Below are positions 20,322 to 30,140 of a stretch of DNA of 64,000 nt, piece by piece. The notes under the pieces were generated by a model. It worked only from the letters and a program-made list of their open reading frames with translations, did not search any database and was not told the DNA's origin. This DNA comes from a virus (taxonomy: Duplodnaviria > Caudoviricetes), in the IMG/VR virus record IMGVR_UViG_3300031998_000004. The stretch is one strand, 5' to 3'. Both the position numbers and the translations under genes were made by a program. Each line of letters begins with the position of its first letter. Position 1 is the first letter of the stretch.

Positions 20322-20970
20322 TGAGATCAATCTTTAATTTTTCATCAACAATCATATATTGATTATCGGCAGAGATGCGGAAACGAGTTTCGTCTATCTC
20401 ACGAGATTCTTTAAGATTCTCGATAATCTTCACTGCGTTACCTTCAGCATCCTTCCATGCATTAACAATATCCTTACTTTGAGTTTCTGTAAAGAATTCC
20501 TTGAAAGGATGAGGAATCTGTGACTCACCAAATGAACACACACAAGGACAACATGTAGCACAAGGTACAGCGCAGTCACAATAACCACCTTCTGGTGTAC
20601 CCGGAGCAGCCGCGGGTTCTGGTCTTTTGGTGAGTTTGATTACATAGTCACCGTTATATATATCGGGTTTCATCTCGTATCCATTAGTCCATACCATATT
20701 TTCAAGTGTATTATATCCGGACCCTAATTTAATATTAGTATTACCGTAGTAACTACAATACTTAAATCCTTCCCAGTAACGACTCTTCACAAAAGTACCA
20801 GTGATAATGTAACCATCTTCAACTGCACTCATATGAGTATCAGTTAAGAGCCCCCAAAGATTATTATAAGCCTTTACCATAGGATCAAGACTAGGTACAG
20901 GAGACCCGACTGGTTTCTCTTGGAAAGCAGCTACTCCTTTACTTATCATTTCACTAAAACGATCTCTCAT
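20311..20970 (-). CDS. Hypothetical protein with Cys-rich cluster
   Basis: YCDCAVPCATCCPCVCS. Confidence 0.7.
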   Translation of the reverse strand: MRDRFSEMISKGVAAFQEKPVGSPVPSLDPMVKAYNNLWGLLTDTHMSAVEDGYIITGTFVKSRYWEGFKYCSYYGNTNIKLGSGYNTLENMVWTNGYEMKPDIYNGDYVIKLTKRPEPAAAPGTPEGGYCDCAVPCATCCPCVCSFGESQIPHPFKEFFTETQSKDIVNAWKDAEGNAVKIIENLKESREIDETRFRISADNQYMIVDEKLKIDLNAR

Positions 20971-20972
20971 AA

Positions 20973-21590
20973 TTACTTTTTAATAATTTTAAGCATGTCT
21001 TCAATTTTATCCATCCAATCATTGGCAACTTTCTTTTCACCAGCTTCAGCCCAGTCAGCGATGGCACGTTCTGAGAGTTCACGATAAATGCCGTTAGTGA
21101 TAGCGGTAAATAGCTCGACAAAATCTTTATCTTTCCAACATTGTCTTGCCCATGATTCTGCGTAGTCCGTCATTGCTCTTAAATCAGTTTTTGATTCATC
21201 CACGAGCTTTAAGTAATCAACAAGACCAATATTCTCTTTAAGTTCTTTGAGTTTGTAGAGTACGCGCCCAATAAGTGAAAGAATTGCATCGGTATCACTT
21301 TGGAGTTCCGATGAATCCATTAACTCACGACCTTCTTTGGTAATCTTACGAAGCTCTGTAAGGTAGTCGATGGCGGTCTCGAATTTCTTATCTTTAAGGA
21401 GGTCAACATAATTCTCAATTTTCTCATGAGTTCCTTGCCATCCTTCGATAAGAGCATCAATAAGTTCTGGTGCTTCCTTATAGTATTCATCAAGTGCCAT
21501 GTGTGAGGAGTACTTCTTGGTCTTTAAGTGTTTTCTCCAAGTCATAACAACACTCTCTTGAAGTGTTCCGAAAAATTCTTCTATTTTCAT
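20973..21590 (-). CDS. Ferritin-like phage protein (DUF5856-like)
   Basis: H.KT..YSSHMALDEYY..IDALIE..QG; ends domain with LYKLK.L. Confidence 0.65.
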   Translation of the reverse strand: MKIEEFFGTLQESVVMTWRKHLKTKKYSSHMALDEYYKEAPELIDALIEGWQGTHEKIENYVDLLKDKKFETAIDYLTELRKITKEGRELMDSSELQSDTDAILSLIGRVLYKLKELKENIGLVDYLKLVDESKTDLRAMTDYAESWARQCWKDKDFVELFTAITNGIYRELSERAIADWAEAGEKKVANDWMDKIEDMLKIIKK

Positions 21591-21596
21591 GTTTAA

Positions 21597-21773
21597 TTAG
21601 TTCATTTTATCTACTTGAGATTTGAGTATATCATACCAGCCAGATAGATCTTTCGATGCTTTATCGGTAAGTTTGTTGTTATCGATGAAAGCAAGAATAT
21701 CTTCTGCCTGACCAAGAGTTAAAACGATGTTAGACTCTCTCTTCTCGTTTACGTAGTTAATAATATCTTTCAT
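21597..21773 (-). CDS. Small protein missing from ORF track (58 aa, MKDIINYVNE...)
   Basis: Translated manually; fills gap exactly; CTS-like start. Confidence 0.7.
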   Translation of the reverse strand: MKDIINYVNEKRESNIVLTLGQAEDILAFIDNNKLTDKASKDLSGWYDILKSQVDKMN

Positions 21774-21780
21774 AATTCAA

Positions 21781-22038
21781 TTAGTCTTCTTTTGTGAAAC
21801 CTTGTTCCCACATTCCAACAACTTCTGCCCACTTGTCGTCATCAACAAGGTCTTTGTTGTCATCAAGGAATTTGTCAACAGTCTCTTTGAACTTATCTTC
21901 ATCGAATTTATCACCGAATGCCTCTTTAGCCATCTTCTCGGCGAACTCGCGGAAATCCTTCTCTGAGGATACCTTACCTTCATTAACAGAAGCTGCAGCC
22001 TCAAATTGTTCGGTTAAAAATACTGTAATGTCTTTCAT
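21781..22038 (-). CDS. Small acidic protein, CTS-like N-terminus (MKDITVFLTE)
   Basis: ORF track. Confidence 0.75.
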   Translation of the reverse strand: MKDITVFLTEQFEAAASVNEGKVSSEKDFREFAEKMAKEAFGDKFDEDKFKETVDKFLDDNKDLVDDDKWAEVVGMWEQGFTKED

Positions 22039-22054
22039 ATCAATTTATATTTAT

Positions 22055-22252
22055 TTATTCAAAATAACCATCTTGTTCCATCCATTTATAGAGATTTTGT
22101 AATTCCCTATCTGAATAGTAATTCCATATTAATTTTAATATATCTTCTTGAGACATATTCTCCCAGACAGCAAGGATCTCATCAAATGCTTTATCACCTT
22201 TTGATCCAACCCATCCTTCAGATACATTTATGTAATCTTGTATTGTTTTCAT
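22055..22252 (-). CDS. Small protein, CTS-like N-terminus (MKTIQDYIN)
   Basis: ORF track. Confidence 0.7.
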   Translation of the reverse strand: MKTIQDYINVSEGWVGSKGDKAFDEILAVWENMSQEDILKLIWNYYSDRELQNLYKWMEQDGYFE

Positions 22253-22255
22253 ATC

Positions 22256-23638
22256 TTATTTATTAAATTTTTTCCAAGTTTCTTGTAACTCATGCATTCT
22301 ATCAATGATAGCAACATCACTCTTTCTTAAGAAGGTTTCTGTCGGATACATGCTAGATAAGAATGTTACAATAACTCTTTTATTTTTCTTATATCCACTA
22401 TCCAAGTCATCAAAAGAGCCGGCAAGCAAGTCTTTGATAACTTTAGTATCATCGTCTTTCATAGGTTCTATAGCATTATCGACAGCATCCATAAAGACGT
22501 CTTTCTTTGACCAACGGTTGATTTCCTCAAGAAGAATGAATGTATCGTCATTAAGGAGTGCTTCAAGAATTTGTTCGCGCCCCATATGAATCATCTCAAC
22601 CATAAGTCCTTCATTATAAATATCTTGGATATCCATAAGGATAGAAAGGAGTTCTTTATCTGTACGGAGATATGCTAATATCTTATTAATCACAGAGTTG
22701 CGAATATTACCTTCAGACATTCCATAAGATTTAGCAATATCCTTACTCTTCTCTTTCTTTCTTCCATTTAACCCAAAGTAACGATAAAAGATATCTACGT
22801 CACGAACTTTGAACTTATCTTCGATTGCTTTGAATACTTTCTTCCAATGTTCTGTATCGTCTTTCTCCTTATCTTCTACACCCAATGCTGCAAGATGATC
22901 GTTTGTCCAATCACCATCGTCATTCATAAATGAATCAAGGCTGGTGGCGTCTAGTTTTACTTCACCTTTCTTTGCTTTCTGTGCAGCATACCAGTTAGTA
23001 CCACTGAGACTATGTCCATATTCATTAATATCATTAAGAATCTGTTGACGTACACGATAAGATGCATAAGTCTTAAATGAAACCTGCTTGTCGTTATCTG
23101 GATCCCAGTCGTTTATAGCGTCATTAAATCCGACCATTGCAGCTGACATTAACTCTGCGCGATTTAACTTGAGTCCCTTACCCATAAACTGGTTAACTAT
23201 TTTGTTGAGAAGTGGAGTATACATTTTAACAACCTCACGTTTACCTTTCTCAGATTCAAGATCAATGGTGAGATCGCTTACACGAAGTTTTTTATTTATC
23301 ACTCCTTCTCTTTCCTGTGCGGACTGATATTGGGGAAGAACACGAAGTTCATTATCTTTCATCTTTGATATCACAGACCAAATATCTTCGAGATCCTCTA
23401 CAGGAACCCCTAGTTCTTTTGAACACTTGACCAAATCATTCTTTCCAAGAAGACGAATAGCCTCTATTTGATCTGTAGAGAAGAGAGAATATTTCTGTGT
23501 AAGGAAAAGTAGGTTTTGTATATCTCGAGATACTGTCTTCGAAACTGCCTTGATATATTCGGTCACCTCGGGTGCTTTAAGTACCTGAGATTCTAGTTTT
23601 TTACGAGTTTCTGTAATATACTGTGTAAAATTATGCAT
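22256..23638 (-). CDS. RNA polymerase sigma70-family factor with N- and C-terminal extensions
   Basis: Region 2 (ELMSAAMVGF..A...WDP...SFKTYASYRVR) and region 4 HTH (YFGL...KDIAKSYGMSEGNIR). Confidence 0.85.
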   Translation of the reverse strand: MHNFTQYITETRKKLESQVLKAPEVTEYIKAVSKTVSRDIQNLLFLTQKYSLFSTDQIEAIRLLGKNDLVKCSKELGVPVEDLEDIWSVISKMKDNELRVLPQYQSAQEREGVINKKLRVSDLTIDLESEKGKREVVKMYTPLLNKIVNQFMGKGLKLNRAELMSAAMVGFNDAINDWDPDNDKQVSFKTYASYRVRQQILNDINEYGHSLSGTNWYAAQKAKKGEVKLDATSLDSFMNDDGDWTNDHLAALGVEDKEKDDTEHWKKVFKAIEDKFKVRDVDIFYRYFGLNGRKKEKSKDIAKSYGMSEGNIRNSVINKILAYLRTDKELLSILMDIQDIYNEGLMVEMIHMGREQILEALLNDDTFILLEEINRWSKKDVFMDAVDNAIEPMKDDDTKVIKDLLAGSFDDLDSGYKKNKRVIVTFLSSMYPTETFLRKSDVAIIDRMHELQETWKKFNK

Positions 23639-23709
23639 GCTTTTTTAGATATTTATACGTATGAACAAATAATAAAGTTCGTAAAATCCAAAATAAAGAG
23701 TAAGAAATT

Positions 23710-24183
23710 GTGATAATATATAACTTCTTCAAAAACCTACTATTAAACATTAAGTATACAAAAATTATTAGGCGGGCGTTTAAGAATGAAAATCTTCTTG
23801 AAGGTCTTTCTAAAATATTTAAGACCAATTTTAAGGTGGATTGGATTGGCCGAGTATATACAGTACTTAATCCCAATCTTGACGAAAACGGACAATACTC
23901 TCCCAACACACAGATATTTGAATATGGAGAGAATGGATTGAATAATGAAAGGATGGTTGAACAGTGGGTGATGGAGAGGATGTCTGTAGTATCACAATTC
24001 ATCCAAACAAACAATCTGTTTGAACTCCTTACTTACTCCATTAAGAGGTTGGATAAATATGACAATTACTTGTTTATTCTAGAACCCATTACACTCAGTG
24101 ATTGTTTAAAATGGAGTAAGCGAATGGCTGGACTTGTTGGAGTTCTTGTATTAATAGGAATAATACTTTTAATAGTACTATAA
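23710..24183 (+). CDS. Hypothetical protein with C-terminal TM helix
   Basis: ORF track; hydrophobic C-terminus; GTG start. Confidence 0.7.
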   Translation: MIIYNFFKNLLLNIKYTKIIRRAFKNENLLEGLSKIFKTNFKVDWIGRVYTVLNPNLDENGQYSPNTQIFEYGENGLNNERMVEQWVMERMSVVSQFIQTNNLFELLTYSIKRLDKYDNYLFILEPITLSDCLKWSKRMAGLVGVLVLIGIILLIVL

Positions 24184-24191
24184 ATAAAATT

Positions 24192-24785
24192 ATGATCATG
24201 ATTGATATTAAAGAATTAAAAACAAAATCCTACGGTGAAGTAGCAGGGATTCTTGAGCAGACACTCAATGAATTCAAAGATGAAATCAATAAGGTTGTGG
24301 ATATAGATTCTCTCAAAAAGTTCGAAGAAGAACTCATGGAGGAACAGAAAGTCTGTGACGAATACATTAAAGGGGTTCAGTATACTCTTCCGGAAGCCGC
24401 GGAGTATGATGGTGAAAGGTTTACAAAAAACGCTATTGCCAAAATAGTTGCAGAATTCCTTAACAGAGCAGAAGTAGACTGGCAGTTTACGCTTGGTTAT
24501 TTTCAAATAGTAAAAATGTGGAAGTCCCAGGATTTAAAAACTATTGACTATAATGCGTTTGATAGCACTCTCAGAATGCTCAATAACCTTAAGTTTAAAG
24601 GATTCAACGACTGGAGAAATATTCTTGCAGTGAATGAGTATATGAAAGGATGTCACGAACCGTACTCAATTGATACTTCTTATATGATCTTCCTCAATCA
24701 AAAACACCAGGCTATTATGGATAGACTGACTATGGTTGAGAAACGCGAGCCTATAAATGAACAGCACGAGATGCCTGTAGAATAA
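24192..24785 (+). CDS. Hypothetical protein
   Basis: ORF track. Confidence 0.75.
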   Translation: MIMIDIKELKTKSYGEVAGILEQTLNEFKDEINKVVDIDSLKKFEEELMEEQKVCDEYIKGVQYTLPEAAEYDGERFTKNAIAKIVAEFLNRAEVDWQFTLGYFQIVKMWKSQDLKTIDYNAFDSTLRMLNNLKFKGFNDWRNILAVNEYMKGCHEPYSIDTSYMIFLNQKHQAIMDRLTMVEKREPINEQHEMPVE

Positions 24786-24805
24786 ACTTTGATTTAACTA
24801 CAAGA

Positions 24806-24831
24806 AAAGGAACCTTAACGGGTTCCTTTTT
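24806..24831. terminator. Bidirectional terminator
   Basis: AAAAGGAACC..GGTTCCTTTT between convergent genes. Confidence 0.7.
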
Positions 24832-25369
24832 TGTAATATTTATGTATTGATTCAATCAGTGCGTGAATGAGTTTTTGATCAAACTCATCATATGATTTAC
24901 GATTAGCTACCACCATAATCCAAGCGGGTTTTTGACTAATTATAATCCATTCATATAAATCCTCTTTTGGACCATATGACGCCCAAAAACTCCAAGGTAT
25001 CTCAAATGAGTTAGCATACATTTGATCGTTATATGAAAATCCTGTATGAATCTCTCCAAACTTTAACCAGTTTTTTGCTTCATTATCTCGGTCGTCCCAC
25101 GTGGTGTGATCATACATTCCTAGACACCCGGGAGACTTTGAATGTCTCCCAAAACAATACTTCTTATACATCTCTTCACTCCAGTTCACTATTAGTTGGT
25201 TCGAGACTTTGTCAAAATCTCCGTCCCCTAACCCACTACACCAATAAGCCAATTCACTAAAATTTGGTTTCTTTTTAAGATATTTGAGAAGTTTCTCATA
25301 AGGCAGATCTTTCTTTACAAGATCGCTATCAAATAACCCCTCATTCAATATTTCATTTAGACTTTTCAT
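24815..25369 (-). CDS. Hypothetical protein, CTS-like N-terminus (MKSLNEILNEGLFD)
   Basis: ORF track. Confidence 0.75.
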   Translation of the reverse strand: MKSLNEILNEGLFDSDLVKKDLPYEKLLKYLKKKPNFSELAYWCSGLGDGDFDKVSNQLIVNWSEEMYKKYCFGRHSKSPGCLGMYDHTTWDDRDNEAKNWLKFGEIHTGFSYNDQMYANSFEIPWSFWASYGPKEDLYEWIIISQKPAWIMVVANRKSYDEFDQKLIHALIESIHKYYKKGTR

Positions 25370-25386
25370 ATATTATATATAATCAT

Positions 25387-27069
25387 ATGATTAAAATCGT
25401 ATATAAACAAACAGATCAACGATATATATTTTTAACAGGGGATACTCACGAGATATCTGAACTAGAAAAGCACCTCAACAAAATCCCTTCATATATGTAC
25501 ATGCCGTCGTTCAGTGGCATTCCAAAACCCGAGGTGTTCCTAAACCGTTTTACTACAAAAAGCGGACAGACTGCTTGGTGGTGTCATAGTGGATTATATC
25601 GAGAAATCCAATTATGGTGTGAAAAAAATCATATAAATATAACCGGCATTGATCGATCCCTTAAGTATACTGGATTTAATATGAATTATGAAGACTTTGT
25701 TGAATATGTTGATAGTTGGGATTTAAATATTCAATTAAGAGATTATCAACTCAAAGCTGCCTGGTTAATTCTCAAATACAAAAAATCATTGAGTCAATTA
25801 TGCACTAGATCTGGAAAAACAGCTATTGGGTATGTGGTTTTCAGGACAATGCTTGAAAAGATGGGATGTAAGAAAGTACTTATGATCGTTCCATCTATTC
25901 AACTTGTCAAACAGGGTGTACAGGACATGTCTGAGTATCAAGAGTTCTTTAAGACAACTCAGGTATGGGCAAAAAGTGAGTACTGTGCTAGTCCAAACCT
26001 TATCATAGGTACTTTTCAGTCTCTTGTAAAACGCGCGGACCAGAGAGACCCAAAGTACGATCCTCATTTCTTTGATGGTATTGATGTAGTGTGTTGTGAT
26101 GAAGCACATAAGCTTCCTTGTAAATCTATTAATACTATCCTCGGTCGTCCCTTTATGAAGGATGTTAAGTTGAGGTTTGGATTCACGGGTACACTCCCCG
26201 AAGATAATAGTATTGAATGGTTCTCCTGTCAGGCGATGATGGGACCACAAATCCAGGACCTCCGGACAATGGAACTAGTTAAAGAAGGGTTCTTGGTTCC
26301 TCCGAATATTACACAGATCAGGTTAGGATATTCCTGGAAGGAAGTAGAGAAAGATATTATTAAGTGTGGTGAGTATCTATGTTCGAGTTATAAGACAGAT
26401 GAGAAAGGAAATAAGATACTACTTCCAAAAGAAGAACGTGAGTTTACTATTCGTGAAGTAAAGTCACTTCCTATGGCTCTCCGAGAAGCCAAACAAATGT
26501 ACGACTCGAAAGAGTATGCTCTGTACTTAATAGAGTTATGCAGAGCTCGCGGAGCAAACCTCCTTATGCTCGAACAGATGCTTGTACATAGGAGTGAGAA
26601 GAGGATAAAAGAAATCGAGAACTTGATTTCTAATATGACGGATGGTAACTGTATAGTGCTTGCTCATCATACAGAGTATATAGAATATCTTATTGAGAGA
26701 CTCAAGTCAGCATTCCCCGATCGGAAGGTTCTTAAGATTACTGGTTCGGTAAATCTAAAAAAGAGACAGAAGGTACTTGACGAGATGCTTGAAAACAACA
26801 ATGTTATTCTTGTTGGTTCGTTTGGTTGTATTAGTACGGGTATCACTTTCAAGAATGTCAACTATGCTATCTTTGCACAGTCATTCAAATCGGATATCAC
26901 TATTCTCCAATCTATAGGTCGTGGACTCTTACCTCAACCAGGTAAAGACGCATTCTATATATATGATATAATAGATGACTTCCCAAGTCATCAAATACTG
27001 AAACAAGGGAAGTCAAAAGTCAAATCGTATGAGAAACAGGAGTTTAAGTGGGCTGTGATTGATGGTTAA
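25387..27069 (+). CDS. uvsW: SF2 DNA helicase, UvsW-like
   Basis: LRDYQ, TRSGKT, DEAH, GFTGT, STGI, QSIGRGL. Confidence 0.88.
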   Translation: MIKIVYKQTDQRYIFLTGDTHEISELEKHLNKIPSYMYMPSFSGIPKPEVFLNRFTTKSGQTAWWCHSGLYREIQLWCEKNHINITGIDRSLKYTGFNMNYEDFVEYVDSWDLNIQLRDYQLKAAWLILKYKKSLSQLCTRSGKTAIGYVVFRTMLEKMGCKKVLMIVPSIQLVKQGVQDMSEYQEFFKTTQVWAKSEYCASPNLIIGTFQSLVKRADQRDPKYDPHFFDGIDVVCCDEAHKLPCKSINTILGRPFMKDVKLRFGFTGTLPEDNSIEWFSCQAMMGPQIQDLRTMELVKEGFLVPPNITQIRLGYSWKEVEKDIIKCGEYLCSSYKTDEKGNKILLPKEEREFTIREVKSLPMALREAKQMYDSKEYALYLIELCRARGANLLMLEQMLVHRSEKRIKEIENLISNMTDGNCIVLAHHTEYIEYLIERLKSAFPDRKVLKITGSVNLKKRQKVLDEMLENNNVILVGSFGCISTGITFKNVNYAIFAQSFKSDITILQSIGRGLLPQPGKDAFYIYDIIDDFPSHQILKQGKSKVKSYEKQEFKWAVIDG

Positions 27070-27596
27070 AAATTATCAACATTCATCCCAATAGCACTCA
27101 AATTGATAATTTTGTTTGGAGTACCTTTACCAAATACTACAGCAAGGTTTCCAGAATCTCTACTATCTCCACGTGGAATATCATACCAGAACTTTTTAGG
27201 GTTTTTTTCAGCAATCTTATATAGAGAATAAATATCAAGATTTCCATATTCTTTATATCTATCAAGAGGATCGTCGGCTACTAAATCAGTTCCGGTGATT
27301 GATTGATAAATAGTCAATCTACCATCATTACAAATATAAACACCAAGATCAAATACCTGTTTGTGTGCTGGGTTATAATCATATCCGCTATATCCCATTA
27401 CTAATAGGATATCACCAGGTTTCATAGGATTACCAAATGCATCTTTAGATCCATCTCCTTTGTTTGGCTTATAACTTGCCCATTTCTGAGTAAGCGCTTG
27501 TATGGTTAAAGCGATCTTATCGTTTTTATCAATATTATTATCAAATATACTTTCGTCAATTTGAGTATTGTTGATATAGTCAGCAATAGATTTCAT
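27066..27596 (-). CDS. Hypothetical protein, CTS-like N-terminus (MKSIADYIN..DESIFDNNI)
   Basis: ORF track; DAFGNPMKPGD similar to 5128-5529. Confidence 0.7.
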   Translation of the reverse strand: MKSIADYINNTQIDESIFDNNIDKNDKIALTIQALTQKWASYKPNKGDGSKDAFGNPMKPGDILLVMGYSGYDYNPAHKQVFDLGVYICNDGRLTIYQSITGTDLVADDPLDRYKEYGNLDIYSLYKIAEKNPKKFWYDIPRGDSRDSGNLAVVFGKGTPNKIINLSAIGMNVDNF

Positions 27597-27633
27597 ATAC
27601 AATTCAATTTAATTATCTAAATAATAACTAAGA

Positions 27634-27657
27634 AAAAAGGAACTCAGTTCCTTTTTT
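27634..27657 (-). terminator. Intrinsic terminator after sheath gene
   Basis: AAAAAAGGAAC-TCA-GTTCCTTTTTT. Confidence 0.75.
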
Positions 27658-27676
27658 CTTTTATTTCCTTCTAGGA

Positions 27677-30007
27677 TTAACCCTGAATGAGTTGTGAACG
27701 CATCTCACCTGTTCTGTAGATATAGAGCTGTTCAACCATCTTACCAGCACCTCTTGCGGGTTCAATGTGGGTATCGAGTACCAAGAACTCATTGTCGATT
27801 GCTTCGGCTGTGTTGTTTGAAGAATCACAGACATTCAAGTAATCATATACACCACCATTACCTCTAACCTGTTCAAGAATTGCATCAGCCTTTGCCTTTA
27901 CTCGGTCACGAAGGGTCTGAGTATTGAGTTCCCATCGATAACTTTCAAGCATATCAGCAATTTCATCCTGGAGATAGATAACAAGTTCGCGGATGTGGAT
28001 CTTTGAAAGAGCACTAACAGGGATCTGTTTTGCGGTCTGTTCAGAATTGATATAAGTACCACGACGAGGCTCGTAAACGATCACGTTGATACCGAATGGC
28101 TCAAGAATATCTCTATCATCCTTTGAGAACGCATAGTCAGGACCAACAAGAGCTCCGTTGAGAAGACGTCCATAGCTTGAACCAGCTACAATGTAGTAAG
28201 GTTGACGGCTTGACCATTTATCCATAAAGAGATTAGATACAAGCCCCGCTGAAGGAACAGTTGTTCTGATGGTACCATCGGTAAGAACGATCTGTGTGAA
28301 GTAACCACACCATGAAGCACCGTCAACTTCATCAGGAAGATGGAAATTAGCTGTTACTTTCTTGAAATCAAGAGTTTTGTTTGTATTGTATCCACCGTCC
28401 TTGATATAATCCTTAATCTTAGGGAAGTTAAGAATTGCGAAGCAGTTATCTTTCTTCTTTGCAAGAGCAGCAAGGGTAGTCTTGTCGTTATACAAAGCGG
28501 TATCGAATGTATCAACAAGATAATGATATTCAATATCTACGCGATTTGTTAATGCTTCCTGAAGGCCCTTACCATACTCACCAGTAATTACATTGAGACA
28601 ATCAGATGTTGTGATATTTCTACTATCATATGTAAATCCGGGGATATACAATGGTTTGATAGAAGCACCGGTTTCTGTGGTGAATTTAATATATTCAGGA
28701 GAAGCTGCTGTAATATCAGTTGTAGGTTTTACATCTACTTCAACTGCCTTCTTCTTAATAGTCTTTGTGACTTCTGCAGCAGGGATATCAACATATAAAT
28801 AAGATAACTTATAATATGTTTTTACGCTAGGATCCTGAGAATCCACTACATATACAATAGGTTTTGATGATGCATCAACAGGATTAACTGTATCAGGCGC
28901 CTCGTTATTTGCAGCCTGAACAGCAGCTGCCTTTTCTACATCTGTAGGGTTAGCAAGAACAGCATATTGACCCATAAGATGTGAATAGGTTATTGTATCA
29001 ACAGTTATATTAACTGGTTTCATAAGAGCGTCGATATCTGTTGCTTCGGTAAGACCATCAAGTTTGGTTTCATCCATATTCATCAACATCTTATGTTCTC
29101 CATAACCGGAATTAAAGAGGATATCAATAGATATATATGTACCATTCATATTCCTAAAGAAAGGAATAGTGGTTCCACGATAACCAGCAACATAACCAGA
29201 TGATTCGTCATTTGCGAGCGCAGTAAGAACATCAGCAGGCTCACCAAATGCATCAACGAAATTTTCCTCGAGAGTTATAACTGCATTATCTCCTGTACCA
29301 GTCACATTGAAGTACTTACCAAGAGGACCATCGGCTTTGCAAAGATCATATGTAAACTTACCACGGAATACATACACATCAAGGAAGTAATCATTAAGAT
29401 CATTTTCTTGAATTGGTTTAAGATAATCAGGCATCTCAAGACCCTGGCCTTCATACCAAGATCTGATAGATACTCCATATTCGGTAGGCATAGCCTTACG
29501 TACTATGATTGAGCATGAAGAATCAATAGAATCCGTTGCGGCTACTGTGATATACTTATTAACACCAAGATTAACAAGATCCTCAGCACGGAGTGTCCAG
29601 AATCTGTTCGTGTCATATAATTTTGTAACTTCTTCTTGACTAAGATCAGTGCTTGGATCTAAATCTGTAAACATGGTGCTACCAGAGAAACCAGTATAAG
29701 AAACCTTATTAGTAGCCGTGAATGGTTTAAGATTCATAGCAAGGATTGGTCCAGCAGCAAGAGCTTCGAGAGCAAGTCTGTGGAAGAAAATACCTTTTTT
29801 CTCAAGTCTTTTTGAGATACCTCCGTAAATTCTGAGAAATTCATCACGAGTTCTAATATAGACTGGAGTATTGAATGGTCCTTTGTCTGAGTAACCCACA
29901 AGAAGACGAAGAGTCTCTGCAGTCTCACCTGAGATAACAGACTTATCATAAACAAATCTATATACACCACTAGACTTGATATTTTGTAAATGTAATGGAA
30001 GACTCAT
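27677..30007 (-). CDS. Contractile tail sheath protein, T4 gp18-like
   Basis: SSGVY..YD.S, G.S.KGPFNTPV, C-terminal SALSKIHIREL..WELN....R, YDYLNVCD.SNNT..ID. Confidence 0.9.
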   Translation of the reverse strand: MSLPLHLQNIKSSGVYRFVYDKSVISGETAETLRLLVGYSDKGPFNTPVYIRTRDEFLRIYGGISKRLEKKGIFFHRLALEALAAGPILAMNLKPFTATNKVSYTGFSGSTMFTDLDPSTDLSQEEVTKLYDTNRFWTLRAEDLVNLGVNKYITVAATDSIDSSCSIIVRKAMPTEYGVSIRSWYEGQGLEMPDYLKPIQENDLNDYFLDVYVFRGKFTYDLCKADGPLGKYFNVTGTGDNAVITLEENFVDAFGEPADVLTALANDESSGYVAGYRGTTIPFFRNMNGTYISIDILFNSGYGEHKMLMNMDETKLDGLTEATDIDALMKPVNITVDTITYSHLMGQYAVLANPTDVEKAAAVQAANNEAPDTVNPVDASSKPIVYVVDSQDPSVKTYYKLSYLYVDIPAAEVTKTIKKKAVEVDVKPTTDITAASPEYIKFTTETGASIKPLYIPGFTYDSRNITTSDCLNVITGEYGKGLQEALTNRVDIEYHYLVDTFDTALYNDKTTLAALAKKKDNCFAILNFPKIKDYIKDGGYNTNKTLDFKKVTANFHLPDEVDGASWCGYFTQIVLTDGTIRTTVPSAGLVSNLFMDKWSSRQPYYIVAGSSYGRLLNGALVGPDYAFSKDDRDILEPFGINVIVYEPRRGTYINSEQTAKQIPVSALSKIHIRELVIYLQDEIADMLESYRWELNTQTLRDRVKAKADAILEQVRGNGGVYDYLNVCDSSNNTAEAIDNEFLVLDTHIEPARGAGKMVEQLYIYRTGEMRSQLIQG

Positions 30008-30140
30008 ATTTTTTTGTATTAAATTTATTTATTCTTTCGCTTATATGTCAAAATAATAATGATATCGGTTTCTCAAATTAAAACCATGACTTAAATGAAT
30101 TTGATCGTTATTATTTATATGATTAAAACCATTATAGAAT

